From Octopus vulgaris (lineage: Eukaryota), in NCBI GenBank assembly GCA_951406725.2, contig OX597823.1:51336001-51400000 (forward strand): a stretch of 64,000 bases of DNA, read 5' to 3'. The first letter of the stretch is position 1, and each line of letters opens with the position of its first letter. The notes beneath the pieces were generated by a model. The model had not been told where the DNA came from, did no database searches, and was given only the letters and a program-made list of their open reading frames with translations. Made by a program: the position numbers and the translations under genes. This document shows positions 1 through 12,235 of the stretch, piece by piece.

Positions 1-680
1 CGCTGATGACCCACCCTTCATGTCGAAGATCATCACCAGTGACGAGAGTTGGGGCTACGGGTCAGATCTTGAGAAGCAGCAGCAGTCGTCACAACGGAGG
101 AGCTATTCATCTCCACGACCAACAAATGCAAGACAGAACCGCAACTCAACCAGGAACATGTTCATCTTTATTTTAATTTTGTCGACAACCAAGCTATTGT
201 GTAACGAAAATTGGTACGCCCGGGCCAGACCGTCAATCGAGGGTTCTACTGAGACGTTTTGAAGTGTGTGAAGGAGGACATTCGGCGAAAGCGACCGAAT
301 CATTGGAGTGCGAAGAATTGGATTCTTCACGACGACAATACACCCTGTCAGCGAATTCTTCTCTTTCGTGAGTTTCTGGCCAAAAAACAACATGGTATCG
401 CTTCCACACCCGCCCTTTTCACCGGATACCAGCATTCCCACAAGACGAAAATGCAGCTCAAAGTCGCCGTTTTGACACCGTTGTCAAGATCCAGAACGAA
501 TCGTAGGTCCTCGGTCGCTTACAGATAACGACTTCCAGACCGGATTCCAGAAGTGACAGAGACGCTGAAACCGGTGTCCCAAGATGACTATTTCGAAGGA
601 GATGATGTAAAAACTTAGGGAAATAAGTTATTCCTTTATTAAACGTAACTAATCCGGGAACCTTTAGATATGACCAAGTA
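1..680 (+). mobile_element. Mariner (DD34D-type) transposon, decayed 3' portion running off the window start
   Basis: Frameshifted fragments FMSKIITSDESWGYG (cf. ITGDESW) and IRRKRPNHWSAKNWILHDDNTP (cf. LHHDNAP); C-terminal DYFEGD (gactatttcgaaggagat); TIR-like end aatccgggaacctttagatatgaccaag followed by TA. Confidence 0.85.
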
Positions 681-694
681 TATGAATACAAATG

Positions 695-696
<2 letters not shown>

Positions 697-774
<78 letters not shown>
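697..774. repeat. (TA)n microsatellite
   Basis: Pure AT dinucleotide run; one of many (e.g. ~11817-11872, 15635-15688, 23865-23917, 25370-25436, 25790-25828, 26165-26210). Confidence 0.98.
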
Positions 775-777
<3 letters not shown>

Positions 778-789
778 TACACACACACA

Positions 790-1138
790 CAGTCATTTGA
801 CTGTGGCAATGTGGAGCACCGCCTTTAGTCGAGCAAATCGACCACAGGACTTATTCTATCGGTCTATTTTGCCGAACCGCTAAGTTACGGGGACGTAAAC
901 ACGCCAGTATCGGTTGTCAAGCAATGTTGGGGACAAACACACACAGACATAAACATACACACACACACGAATATATATATATATACATATATACGACAGG
1001 CTTCTTTCAGTTTCTGTCTACCAAATCCACTCACAAGGCTCTGGTTGGCCCGAGGCTATAGTAGAAGACACTTGCCCAAGACACTTGCCCTATGTGGTTG
1101 GTAAGGAAGCTACTTACCACACAGCCACTCCTACGCCT
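790..1138 (-). mobile_element. tRNA-derived SINE, family B (head ggcgtaggagtggctgtgtggtaag; internal microsatellite; CR1-like tail)
   Basis: Minus strand: A-box-like tggctgtgtgg, cttgggcaagtgtcttctactatagcctcggg body, internal (TA/TG)n, tail ggcggtgctcc...cagtcaaatgactg; about ten homologous copies or fragments in the window. Confidence 0.85.
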
Positions 1139-1287
1139 ATATATTACGCTAACAGTCGACAATCAAGAATCACTACTATTGCTCCCATCGGAACACAAGG
1201 TAAAATCTATAATGAACTCCTGCACTACACTTGACAAAACAGTAAGGAACGACTTACACCTTATAATATATTTTTCGCCTTTTCAAG

Positions 1288-1400
1288 AACATGGATTCTA
1301 TTGAATGTATATAGCATGGACTCTATTGAATGTATGTAACAATTAGGAACTGTTCCATTATACTTTTTATGTATATAGCATGGACTCTATTGAATGTATG
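1288..1400. repeat. Short local tandem duplication whose last unit is split by the LINE
   Basis: catgga(t/c)tctattgaatgtat occurs three times; the unit continuation aacaatta(g/t)gaact(g/a)ttccattatact at ~1338-1365 reappears at ~3201-3228 beyond the LINE. Confidence 0.8.
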
Positions 1401-1401
1401 A

Positions 1402-3193
1402 TTGATTGATTGATTGATTGATTCTAGTTTCAGCTTATGAGCTGTGGCCATGCTGGGGCACCGCCATTTGGTGTTGCTACTTGGTTTCACTTCATGAAGG
1501 CTTTCTAGCAACTGCTATTTGGTGCATGAGAGAGTTCGATGCAGCTGCCCTCATCCGCCCCTCCTGCCGTGAAGTTGGTTCATCTGGGACACCCGACAGG
1601 AAGAGATCAAGCTTCATTTTAAAGACATCTGCATCCACCCCATGCAGGTCTCTCAGGTCCTTCGGGAGGATATTGAAGAGCTGTGGGCCTCGGAAGCCCA
1701 GGCTATCACAGAATCTTGTCCTACATCTTGATGGCAAGTTTGGAGTCCTAGGCACCACGCAGTGGCGCCCAGTTCTGGCATTTGCGTAACTCTCGATGCC
1801 AAAGTTCAGGACACTTCCCTCCAGGATCTTCCAGATGTATATTATGGCATATCTTTCCCGCCTACGCTCTAGGGAATATAGTTTTAATCTCTTGAGTCTT
1901 TCCCAGTAGCTTACATTCTGCATAGAGGCTATCTTCTTCGTGTAGCTACGTTGGATCGCCTCGAGCTCTGTGATCAACTTGACACTGGATGGTGACCATA
2001 ACTGAGAGCAGTAGTCAAAGTGGCTTAGGACAAGTGTCCTCCAGAGGACCATCATGGTTTCTTGTTCTCTTGTTCTAAAGGTTCTGAGGATCCATCCGGC
2101 CAGTCGTCTACATTTCATTGCCAATTTAGCAACATGTACGCGAAAGGTTGCGTCATCACTCATGTAAATACCTAGGTCACGCACTGATTGTGCCTCTGGG
2201 ATTGCTATTCCTCCGGGTCCAGTGTATTCATTGGGTATTGCATTTAGTTTTGCATGCTGATAGTATAGAGCTTGAAACTTTTCAGCATTGAACTGCATGC
2301 TATTCTTTTCGGCCCACTTGTATATTTTGTCTAGCTCACATTGCAGGTGTTTAGTGTCCTCAGGGTTCTGTATTGCCTGTGAAACTTTTGCATCATATGC
2401 ATAACTTGTGATCGTGGCTCTCTGCGTGGCTGAGGGCATGTCTGAGAGGGCCATTATGAACAGTAGTGGTCCCAGAACAGTGCCCTGCGGAACACCGCTC
2501 ACTATTTGCGTGTTAATGGAAGTGGCCCCATTGGCCACTACCACCTGACTTCTATCTTTCAGAAAGTCATGAAGCCATTCTCCCAGTTTTCCAACTATGT
2601 TGAGATCACGCAGTTTGTGACATATCATTCCATGATCGACTTTATCAAAGGCCTTTGCAAAGTCGAGATATATCACTTCCACATTTGAGTGGTTGAGCAG
2701 CCGTTTCAGCACCCAGTCATAGTGTTGTAGGAGCTGAGTTAAACAGCTTCTCCCTGGTCGGAAACCATGTTGGGTGTCGGGCAGCAAGTCATTCTCTTCA
2801 AGGAAGGTGATCAGCTTCCTTCTGACTATTCGTTCCATGACCTTGCTGATGTGTGAGGTCAGAGAGATAGGTCTATAGTTCTTGGCTTCCGCTCTGCTAC
2901 CTCCTTTATGAATGGGGCATATTTTACCTTCCTTCAGTTTTCTTGGAAGTTTGCCAGCTGCAAGGAAGCTCTGAAAGAGGAACTGCAGTGGTCTTGCTAG
3001 GACTCTCTTACATGCTTTTAGGAGGATTGCCGGGAATCCATCGGGGCCAGTAGCTGAGTCTGTTTTCATTTCATCTATAGCCTTGATTACATCGTCTTCA
3101 TTTATATCGATGTAATCTATCGTCGCCGCCTCTGATTTTATATCTGCAGTGGTAAAAAAGTCAGTTGGATTGGTGATTTGGAGATGCCCAAAT
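1402..3193 (-). mobile_element. 5'-truncated CR1-clade non-LTR retrotransposon (LINE)
   Basis: RT ORF, short 3' UTR with stem-loop, (ATCA)n tail at ~1402-1423, 7-bp TSD tgtatga at 1395-1401 and 3194-3200. Confidence 0.92.
1492..3069 (-). CDS. LINE ORF2 reverse transcriptase plus C-terminal region (partial; frame stays open upstream to the truncation point at ~3190)
   Basis: Motifs GPDG, NYRPISLTS, QHGFRPGRSC, YLDFAKAFDKV, GVPQGTVLGPLLF, YAYD (YADD altered) and CR1-like C-terminus DYCSQLWSP / SYWERLKRLKLYSLERRR; no stops over 525 aa. Confidence 0.93.
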   Translation of the reverse strand: MKTDSATGPDGFPAILLKACKRVLARPLQFLFQSFLAAGKLPRKLKEGKICPIHKGGSRAEAKNYRPISLTSHISKVMERIVRRKLITFLEENDLLPDTQHGFRPGRSCLTQLLQHYDWVLKRLLNHSNVEVIYLDFAKAFDKVDHGMICHKLRDLNIVGKLGEWLHDFLKDRSQVVVANGATSINTQIVSGVPQGTVLGPLLFIMALSDMPSATQRATITSYAYDAKVSQAIQNPEDTKHLQCELDKIYKWAEKNSMQFNAEKFQALYYQHAKLNAIPNEYTGPGGIAIPEAQSVRDLGIYMSDDATFRVHVAKLAMKCRRLAGWILRTFRTREQETMMVLWRTLVLSHFDYCSQLWSPSSVKLITELEAIQRSYTKKIASMQNVSYWERLKRLKLYSLERRRERYAIIYIWKILEGSVLNFGIESYANARTGRHCVVPRTPNLPSRCRTRFCDSLGFRGPQLFNILPKDLRDLHGVDADVFKMKLDLFLSGVPDEPTSRQEGRMRAAASNSLMHQIAVARKPS

Positions 3194-4109
3194 TGTATGA
3201 AACAATTATGAACTATTCCATTATACTCTTTATTATAAAAAAATTCTTTTTGATAAGGTTCGTTATTTCAAGAACCGAAACATGTGAAAATTAAAATTTA
3301 TCTATTATAGTGGCATTTTCAAACTTCTTTTTTACAAATATATATATATATATATATACATACATATGCACACACACTCACTGCACATTGTAATTAAAAT
3401 AATAATTTAAACTTAATTCTCATCTATATTGAATAGACGACTCACCGAATCTTGTGAATTCAATAATATTATTAATAATTTACTGACATTACAAGTAACA
3501 AGCATTTTCCCAAACCTCCTTTGGTCCAAACATCCAGCCAATACAGTTATTAGTCTCGAAACTTTTAACTATGCACCGTTAAGCGTTTATGAACGGACAT
3601 GCTAAAACAATCACCACTAAGGTGCATTTTTAAATATTCTTTTAATCAAAACCTTCAGCCTAATCCAGCTAACACGCTCGCATAAAATTAAACTCTGAAA
3701 AATTAATAACGAAGAATAAAACCAATAACTATGTTTTACTTCCATGTTAACAAGCGATAAATCACTTTTCTCTGCTTAGCAAAACTATAAAATTCCACTT
3801 CCTGCCTAACCGTTCAGAGGGTACTTATTGCATAATCTTTGAAATGAGTAATAAACTTTTTAAACAGAATTAATATATTGTAAATGTGCTGAAATATACT
3901 GAGTCATACATACGCATAAATATATATGAACAACCATACGCACACACACACATACACACATACACGCAAACATATAACTACGGTTATATTTTCCTTCATT
4001 CATCGACTTAGGAATTTTCGAGCGGAACATAAACAGTATTAATGTCACATTTCTCGTATAATCTGCAAAAGATTTCAAACCAAAGACATAAAATTATGGA
4101 AATTTACCT

Positions 4110-4300
4110 AACTGTCTCTTCTTCTTCTCTCCCTCCCCCTCTTTCTCTATCACTCTCTCTCTCTTTCTCTATCACTCTCCCTCTTTCTCTCTCTCCCTCT
4201 CCCTCTTTCTCTCTCCCTCTCCATCTTTCTGTCTCTCCCTCTCCCTCTTTCTCTATCACTCTCTCTTTCTCTCTCTCCCTCTCTCACTCTCGGTCTTTTT
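4110..4300. repeat. CT-rich simple repeat
   Basis: Imperfect (CT)n/(CCCT)n tract. Confidence 0.95.
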
Positions 4301-4349
4301 CCTTATATGTGTGTTTCTGTGTGTACACACATTATATCATAACATATCT

Positions 4350-4572
4350 TTTATCCTTGTCTTGTTTCAGTCGTCAACCTGCAGTCATGTTGGGGTACTG
4401 CCTAGAAGAATTTAAGCGAATCGATACCAGCATCTATTATCTTTTAAGTCTGATACTTATTCAACCCGGCTCTTGTACCGAACTGTTAGATTATCGAAAT
4501 ACAAACACACTAACACCGGTTGCCAAGTGGTGTGAGTTTGTAGAGGACAAACACAGATACACACACACACGC

Positions 4573-4603
<31 letters not shown>

Positions 4604-4800
4604 TATATATATACATATATATATATACATATATACATGTATACATATATATATATATACATATATATACACATATATATATATACATTTATATATATAC
4701 ATATATATATACATATATATATATGTATACATATACATATATACATGTATATACATACATACTTTATATATATATAATACATACGTATGTAGGTATATAA
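4350..4800 (-). mobile_element. SINE family B 3' half plus expanded internal TA/CA microsatellite
   Basis: cttgtttcagtc...gcagtcatgttggggtactgcc tail and caccggttgccaagtgg body, then degenerate (TA/CA)n at ~4560-4800. Confidence 0.7.
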
Positions 4801-6989
4801 TTATTAAGAGTATTCGTACGAAAAGGCAGTTTCATATCCAACTTAATGTAAATGTTATCGTTGAGAAATCGCGGTGCATAGAAGCACAAAGAAGAATCGT
4901 ATCGAACAAGAATCGTTTTTTATGGGCAATGAAATTCCCATATCACAAAAGAAACACTCATAGGTACCCGTCAAATCGTAGACAACATTCAACTAAAATA
5001 TCATGCCATGAGATCGAACACGTAACTAGGTGGCTGTGAAAAGAAACTTTTAACTTCACAGCCAATATACTTCAGTATTTAGTTTGGTTACCTGCATAGT
5101 TCAAATGATGAACTGAAATACATTCAATCTACTAAAGTTCACTCTGTTCACTTTTGACATACACCTAATGTACAGTATACCAAATGAAAAATATTTCCTT
5201 TTGTTGTCAAGAGTGAGTTCTTTACGCTGCCGTTTCAGTTTCCATTTGAAATCCAGTTGAATCATTCTGCGTCTCTGAAGACTTTGCTAAAACACGACAG
5301 AGTTATATTCTCGATTGAAAATTATAACATCTTTGTCTTGCTAAAACAAACCAACATTAAATAATAACTTTTGGATAACATCAAGCAATACTGCTATATA
5401 ATATTGAACCTGTGCATACTTGATTAAACTTACTAACTAACATATCAAAGTCCACTTCATTGTATCTGTTTATTCAGACATGATTCTCCAGAGAATTCTT
5501 CCCCTTTTAAATCAAAAAGTAATGTAATTCTATTCAGCTAATATCCCTTCAACTAAAAGCCTTACTGGACAACCTATCCCCAAACAGTTCAGATGTACAG
5601 TGACACTAGTAAATTATTTCAATGTTCTTCGTATTTCTTCGACATGTTTTCTGTCTTTAGAGACTTGTCTGTTCTCTTGATACTCTTTCAGAACGGAACA
5701 GTGTTAAGCAAACGCAAAAGATGCTGTCAAAATCCAATTTTAATATCGGAATGTCCGAACAACGTCATTCCCAGCGGAATTCTGAAAAGTTTGTTTTTAT
5801 TCAAACTATATTTTCCTTTAAATGGAAAAAGTTAGCAGAAACATAAGTAAATAATTTCGATAAGGATTAATAATTATTTGGATCAGCTAATACAAAGAAA
5901 GTTCTGTATTGAGATGTCACATGACCATATCAAGGAGGAACTAGCTCTGTATGACGGAAAGGAAAGAAAACAAAGAGATGTAATGATATATTTTTAAAAA
6001 GTATTTTCGTTCCATAACTTCTCAAATTGTAATTCTTTCCGCCAGAAATTCTATTAGAAATATTTTCTTTGTCAAAGCATTGTAACTAAAAACTTTACTT
6101 CAGTATATTTTAAACGCCATTATCAATAAGAATAATTGTTTCTTAATTGAGTAGAAGGTCAGACATTCGGAGTTGGGGTTCTGACGATTATATTGTCATT
6201 AGTATTTGACAGTTACTTATATTATGGATACAGCAGGTGTGAAAAACAGTATTGAGTACAATGCGATTCGAAATTTGTAACTCATGAACAATGATAATGA
6301 TGATTATTTTTACAATAGACATAAGACCGAGCATTGTTCGACAAACAGTGGGATATGAGCGCTTGATAACATTCTAGGAGCCCTCATGCTGTTCATGCTT
6401 GATTCGGTACCGAAGCTCTATTGGAGAGAACTGTGGAAAAACATTTTTAACAAAAAGTGACCCCGCCTCCTTACTATCAAGAAAACCTTGGAGATGCCAG
6501 CGCCCCAGCGCATATCTGCGCATTTGTTAAAGGAAACGACACAACTTTTAACTCTATTCAGAACTCGTTCGTCTTTTCTCTGTGAGAAGATTTAAGCCCA
6601 GAACATCCATGCAGATGCAGAGTTTGAAAGACATTCCGTCCGGCGCTCAACCAGTCTACCTTAATCTACCTCATTGGAAGGTTATTTTATATTCAGACCG
6701 AATACAAGCTTTCGAATATCGTTAACCACTTATATTATTTTATTCTTTTAATTGTTTCAGTAATTTGACTGCAGCCATGTCAAATTAAAAAATTAAAAAA
6801 TTAAAAAAAAAACAACAAAAAGTAAACACAGTCAACCCAATGTATTGCGATTGGCTTAAATGTTATCTCATAAGATTCTAAGTTTATAACAATTAAGAAC
6901 TTATAAACGCAAACAGACGAACAACGAGCGATTCGAAGCCGCATGTTACTGATATCATCACCATCACAATAATAACAAAAAACAATAGC

Positions 6990-7565
6990 AATAATCCTTT
7001 CTACTTTAGGCACAAAGTGTGAAATTGTGTAGAAGGGGATAATCGATTACAGTGCGTAACTGGTACTTATTTCATCGACCCCGGAAAGTTAAACGTAAAG
7101 TGGCTATGGCGGAATTCTATCTCTTTACTACCCACAAGGGGCTTAAACACAGAGAGGACAAACAAAGACAGACAAACGAATTAAGTCGAATATAGCGACC
7201 ACAGTGCGTAACTGGTACTTATTTAATCGACCCCGAAAGGATGAAAGGCAAAGTCGTCCTCGGCGGAATTTTAACTCACAACGTAACAGCAGACGAAATA
7301 CTGCTAAGCATTTCGCCCGGCGTGCTAACGTTTCTGCCAGCTCGCCGCCTTTGGTAATTATTATAATAATCCATTCTACTATAGGCACAAGGCCTGAAAT
7401 TTGGGGGTAGGGGACTAGTCGATTTCGTCGACCCTAATTTTTCACAGGTACTTAATTTATCGACCCCGAAAAGATGAAAGGCAAACTCGACCTCAGCTGA
7501 ATTTGAGCTCAGAACGTCAAGGCATTTCGCCCGGCGTCCAAACGATTCTGCCAGCTCGCCGCCTT
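6990..7565 (-). mobile_element. Head-to-tail cluster of about 3 SINE family A copies (head ggcggcgagctggcagaa)
   Basis: Repeated ctggtacttatttaatcgaccccgaaaggatgaaaggcaaagtcg and ctgccagctcgccgcc blocks. Confidence 0.9.
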
Positions 7566-9894
7566 ATACAATAATAATGATAATCCTGTTTCAAATTTAT
7601 AGCTATTTGAAATATACAAAATAATGTTGAAATGTTCCACAACGTTGCTTTGAGACCATTATTTATATGATTAAGCAATTGCTCTGAATATTTAAATATT
7701 TGTCGGCAAGACGACAACCAGTGGATAATATCCGATGATGATGGAATGTATGATGGATGTCCTGAAAATTATTTTATCGTTTTCTCTTCTGTTTTATGTT
7801 CTGCTTTTTCTCATAATCAGTATCTAATAAATTTTCTCCAAGTATTTTTTATATATTGTCACCTTCTCTACCTTTCTCACACATCTTGAGTTTATGTTTA
7901 TTTCTCGGTGGCATATGCTTTAGAAATCCGTAATCCTCAGAAAGTCGACCAGAATTTTTAATCTGTTAGCTCTAAGGCTGATAATAATAGTAATAATTTG
8001 CTGGTACTTATTGATAGTTTCTCAAATACTGATAGAAATGAGCTTGTGTCATTAATATCGAGGTGTATCGATATTTCAAACAAGTACTGGCAAGACAGCA
8101 CTATTTTCTGTTTAGGCCCTCTTTTTAAAAGAATTCTTGAACTTCCACCAAAGTTTGATGCATCTATATAGTACATAATCGCATATGAAGTACTTTTTAA
8201 AATAGGAATAACAACAAGAATCTATGAGTAAGAAGGGTATATTCTACTTGAAGCATCCTACTATATTGTGTTCGATTGTTACACAGCATCGATATCCTGT
8301 TAGCAGGCTTGGTCAACAATGAAGGTGAATAGTCATGCAGTAATCCAAAAGACCAGAGTAATATATATAGTTACTTTACCTATAGTTTTCCCTAACTCCC
8401 AATACACATGTTTACTGCAGTACTATAATGGAATTCTTTTGTTACATCCAAGAGTGTGTCTCTGCTGCACACACAAACATCTTAATCCACATCCAGTATA
8501 AAACGCTACACGGAATCGGTCGTCTGCACACGCCAGCACTGTTCTGTAACCACGCTCTGCTTTTTTTTACTTTCTACAATGTTCTCTATTACTAGTTGGC
8601 TGGCTTCATGCCAACAGAGTAGAGACTCACGACTCACACATCCCTAACTTGTACTATCTGTGTTGTGTCCAATGTAAGATCCCTTCATCAACAGTTAAAC
8701 TCTATCATTCATTTACTGAAGGCAAGCTACGAAGAATTCTATCACTGATCTTATTTTCCTGTTGTCTTCAAGTACCACCAGATGTTCAAGAAGAGCATCT
8801 GCTGCATCGACATATCGACATCACTTAGCTGGGAGCTCTTGTGACAGCCACAGCCACTGTCCTTCTCTGGGACAAACCTTCGCACACTCAGACACACATG
8901 TATGTATATATAATGTACTGATCCGTGAAGAAAATTTACCATCAAAAAGTATTCTATCTCTTGAGAGATGAATACTATTTATTTAAGGTCACAATACATG
9001 TATTAAAGCGCTACAAATAGTTTAATATGTCGAGAGAACGCAAACATATTCTCTAGGCGCAAAGCACGAATACACACATATATATGTATGTATGTGTGTC
9101 TCTCTCTCCTTCTCTCTCTTCCCCCTCTCTCTCCCCCTCTCTCTCTCCCTGTCTCTGTGAAAAGAATTGAAGAGGAAAGTATTGAAAGAGAACGATTAGG
9201 AAAACAAATAATGGAGAGAAAAGTTCGAAAGAGAAAAGAAATTAAAAGCCCAACAACTGCGTTCCCTCATTCATTATCCACAAAGACAATTGATCCGCTA
9301 TTGCTATGGGCTTAACTAAATTGGATTGGCCAGTTTGTATACAATAGTAAACTGAAAATTTCGTGAATTCTTGTGGAACATAAACATATAAACATATCAC
9401 GTTAATCTCTTTATCTGCTTAAACATGTCGGAAATTATCATGACATTTTCATCAGATAAAAAGTGACCCTCATCCTCCCCACCACAGACGAAACTTTAGG
9501 CAATCGTCATTTCAATCAAAAACAAGCCAGGAATTATCTGAATCTGACTAATTTGCATATCATGCGTTTGCTTCGAATAATTAATAATTGAATAATGGAT
9601 AAATATTTTATGTACTTTGCATATTAGAATAGCTAAGATACTTCTATAGATAATCTCAAGTTCGTAAAGCTTTTGCTGTGAAAGTTAAACAATGTTAGAT
9701 ACCTTTTGTTAGTCTCTCTATACATAAAAGACAAAAATAACAGGATTCTATCCTAACATGCTTTATAACTTGTTGGCTAATCATTAAAGGTCAATTAGTT
9801 ACTAAACTATGTCCATTATATTTATATTATTAGTTTGGTTGCTTCGACCGAATTATTTCTTCTTTTCCAAGACCAAAATAACGATTATATATAT

Positions 9895-10110
9895 GGATTT
9901 CAAATTTTGGCACAAGGCCAGCAATTTCGAGGTGGGGAGTAAATCGGTTATATCGACTCCCAGTTTTCGACTGGTATTTATTTTATCGACCCCCGAAAGG
10001 ATGGAAGGCAAAAGTCAACCTCGGAGGAATTTGAACTCAAAACGTAAAAACGGACGAAATGCCGCTAAGCATTTTTCCCGGTGTATTAACAACTCTTCCA
10101 GCTCGCTCCC
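9895..10110 (-). mobile_element. SINE family A
   Basis: Same core as other copies; tail tttcaaattttggcacaaggccagcaattt. Confidence 0.85.
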
Positions 10111-11599
10111 TCATAATAATTATATACATTAAACTGTGTGTACATGTGATAAGCTATTGTTGATCTGAAGTAAAAGTTTTACCGCGTTCTGTTTGAGATG
10201 AAGATGTCTATGGTGTTAGATGTCCGCGAGTAGAGCCTAAAAATAACAAATAATTTAAGAAAGTACTAATATACTTAATGTAAAATATAAATAAATAAAT
10301 ACCCCCCCCCCCAAAAAAAAAAACAGAAACAAAATTCGAAATGTTAATTAAAATTATATTCCTTATAATAAGAAAATATCACTATCTTTTTGTGATTAGA
10401 CATTTCCGGGATTTTCCATAAAATCAGTTAAAGATTAATTTGCGGTGATATTAGGGTGAATTGAGAAAGTCGATAGAACCTCAGTTATATTACTATGCAA
10501 AGTTCATTTCTTTGTGCTTTGTGTCCAAACTTTACTGCAGTTAAGAGCACCATTTTTCGGTTCGAGAAATGTGTCGTTACGGAGATCAATTCTCCCTCTT
10601 TTACCTTTGCTTCTTTTTCTCTCCAATACAGGTGGCCAGATGTATGAGCTCTACAAGCTTTAGATGCTCAAAACATGTTGGATGTCATGGTGTTGCCACC
10701 AGATTCTGCTAAGATTTGAGTTTTCAAGTCAAACTAAAGCAGTGAGGAGTATGTCTATTTTTGCCAATGTGTTGACAAATTCGGACATGCTTCAGTATTA
10801 TATTTCGATAGAACTCATTCAGTGAAGCAGAACCTAAACTGGAATAGAAGGTCTTAGAATGACTAAAGAGAATATTGAGTTTTCATGAACGAACACTGAG
10901 TTGCATGAGTCCTTGGAGAATAACAGGAAGAAATACTGAGGGAAGTCTATTGAAAATATTGTCTTTTCGATTATAAAGGAAAATCAGTATGTTAAGAGAA
11001 GATAAACATAGGGCCACGTTTTGAGATCACATGGTCTCCCAAATCAATATCAAGATGAATAAAGTAAAATGGTTTCAATCAGCTGTTATTATTTATTATG
11101 GGTAGTGTTAGAATGATGAGTTATTGAAGATTGAATCAATCAAGTATATAACTTGTACTTGATGCAGAGATGCCGGTAAGATTTAAAAGGATGGTTATGA
11201 AGAAAACACATTTGTTATAAAACACCAAATATTTTGTAACGTCGTTGTAAGTGAACAACATTCAGCAACATACTTTGTCAGACTTCTACTAGTCTTTATT
11301 GGTCAATAAAAACAATTTTATATTATTGTTCATCACATTGAAATTTCTTGACGATACTGAAGCATCAATAAAATTGGTTGGTTTATGGAAAAACAAAAAA
11401 GGGAAAATTACACCAAACAGATTAAGTACGGTGGATTTTGGGGAATGTTTACAGTTGTTCTGAAAATAAAAAAGATAAGCTTAATTTTCGTTGTGTTATG
11501 TTTTCAATAAAGAAAGCTAGTAAAAGTCACTTTGGAATATTTTTCTATTGAATTCATCTATATATTACGTTTAACATACAATCTTGTTCATACATATGT

Positions 11600-11814
11600 T
11601 TACTTGCTTCAGATTTCAGTCACTAGACTGCGGCCATGCTGGGGCACAGCCTTGAAGAATTTCAGTCGAATGAAACAACCCTAGTACTTTGTTTGTAAGA
11701 GCCTTGTACTTACTCTATCAGAAACTTTTACCGAGACGCTAGGTTAATGTGACGTGAACACACCAACACCGGTTGTCAAGTAATGGCGGGAGACAAACAC
11801 TGACATAGATACCC

Positions 11815-11815
<1 letters not shown>
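11600..11815 (-). mobile_element. SINE family B 3' half
   Basis: tttcagtcactagactgcggccatgctggggcacagcc tail; caccaacaccggttgtcaag body; ends at the internal (TA)n. Confidence 0.85.
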
Positions 11816-11873
<58 letters not shown>

Positions 11874-11875
<2 letters not shown>

Positions 11876-12070
11876 GGAGTAAACACATAAATGTGAAACA
11901 AGGTGGAAAAAGAGTACTCAAATACCAGTGGTAGAGTAATATGCTTTATTTAAAGCAGCAGAAAATTCAACAAAACCTGTTACTCTGAATTTCGCAAAAA
12001 CTGTCCGATGAACGGCAAGGCGAAACTCAGAGTAACAGGTTTTGTTGAACTTTCTGCTGCTTAAATAAAG

Positions 12071-12075
<5 letters not shown>
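11874..12075. mobile_element. Penelope-like terminal fragment with inverted segment and hammerhead motif, embedded in (TA)n
   Basis: ~55-bp inverted arms at 11939-11995 and 12020-12075; hammerhead-like motif at 12001-12038; (TA)n on both sides. Confidence 0.65.
12001..12038 (+). ncRNA. Type I hammerhead ribozyme-like motif (variant core)
   Basis: ctgt-CCGATGA-acggcaaggc-GAAA-ctcagag-TA-acag: stem I ctgt/acag, stem III act/agt, GUA triplet; U4 replaced by C and stem II weak. Confidence 0.6.
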
Positions 12076-12102
<27 letters not shown>

Positions 12103-12109
12103 CATACAT

Positions 12110-12189
<80 letters not shown>

Positions 12190-12235
12190 GTATAGACATG
12201 GTGTGGTGAATATATTGAGATACTAAAGAGCAAAT

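Noticed and set aside
4042-4800. 252-aa ORF and the many [12 protein letters not shown] ORFs throughout the track
   Set aside because: Translations of CT, TA and CA microsatellites, which lack stop codons; no protein-like content
7143-7410. Recurrent small ORFs such as MRNWYLFNRPRKDERQSRPRRN (also at 33115, 45775, 57948)
   Set aside because: Antisense or sense translations of SINE family A, not a peptide gene family
10590-10712. Strong polypyrimidine tract plus CAG acceptor
   Set aside because: All three frames stop within about 27 codons, with no clear donor or recognisable protein
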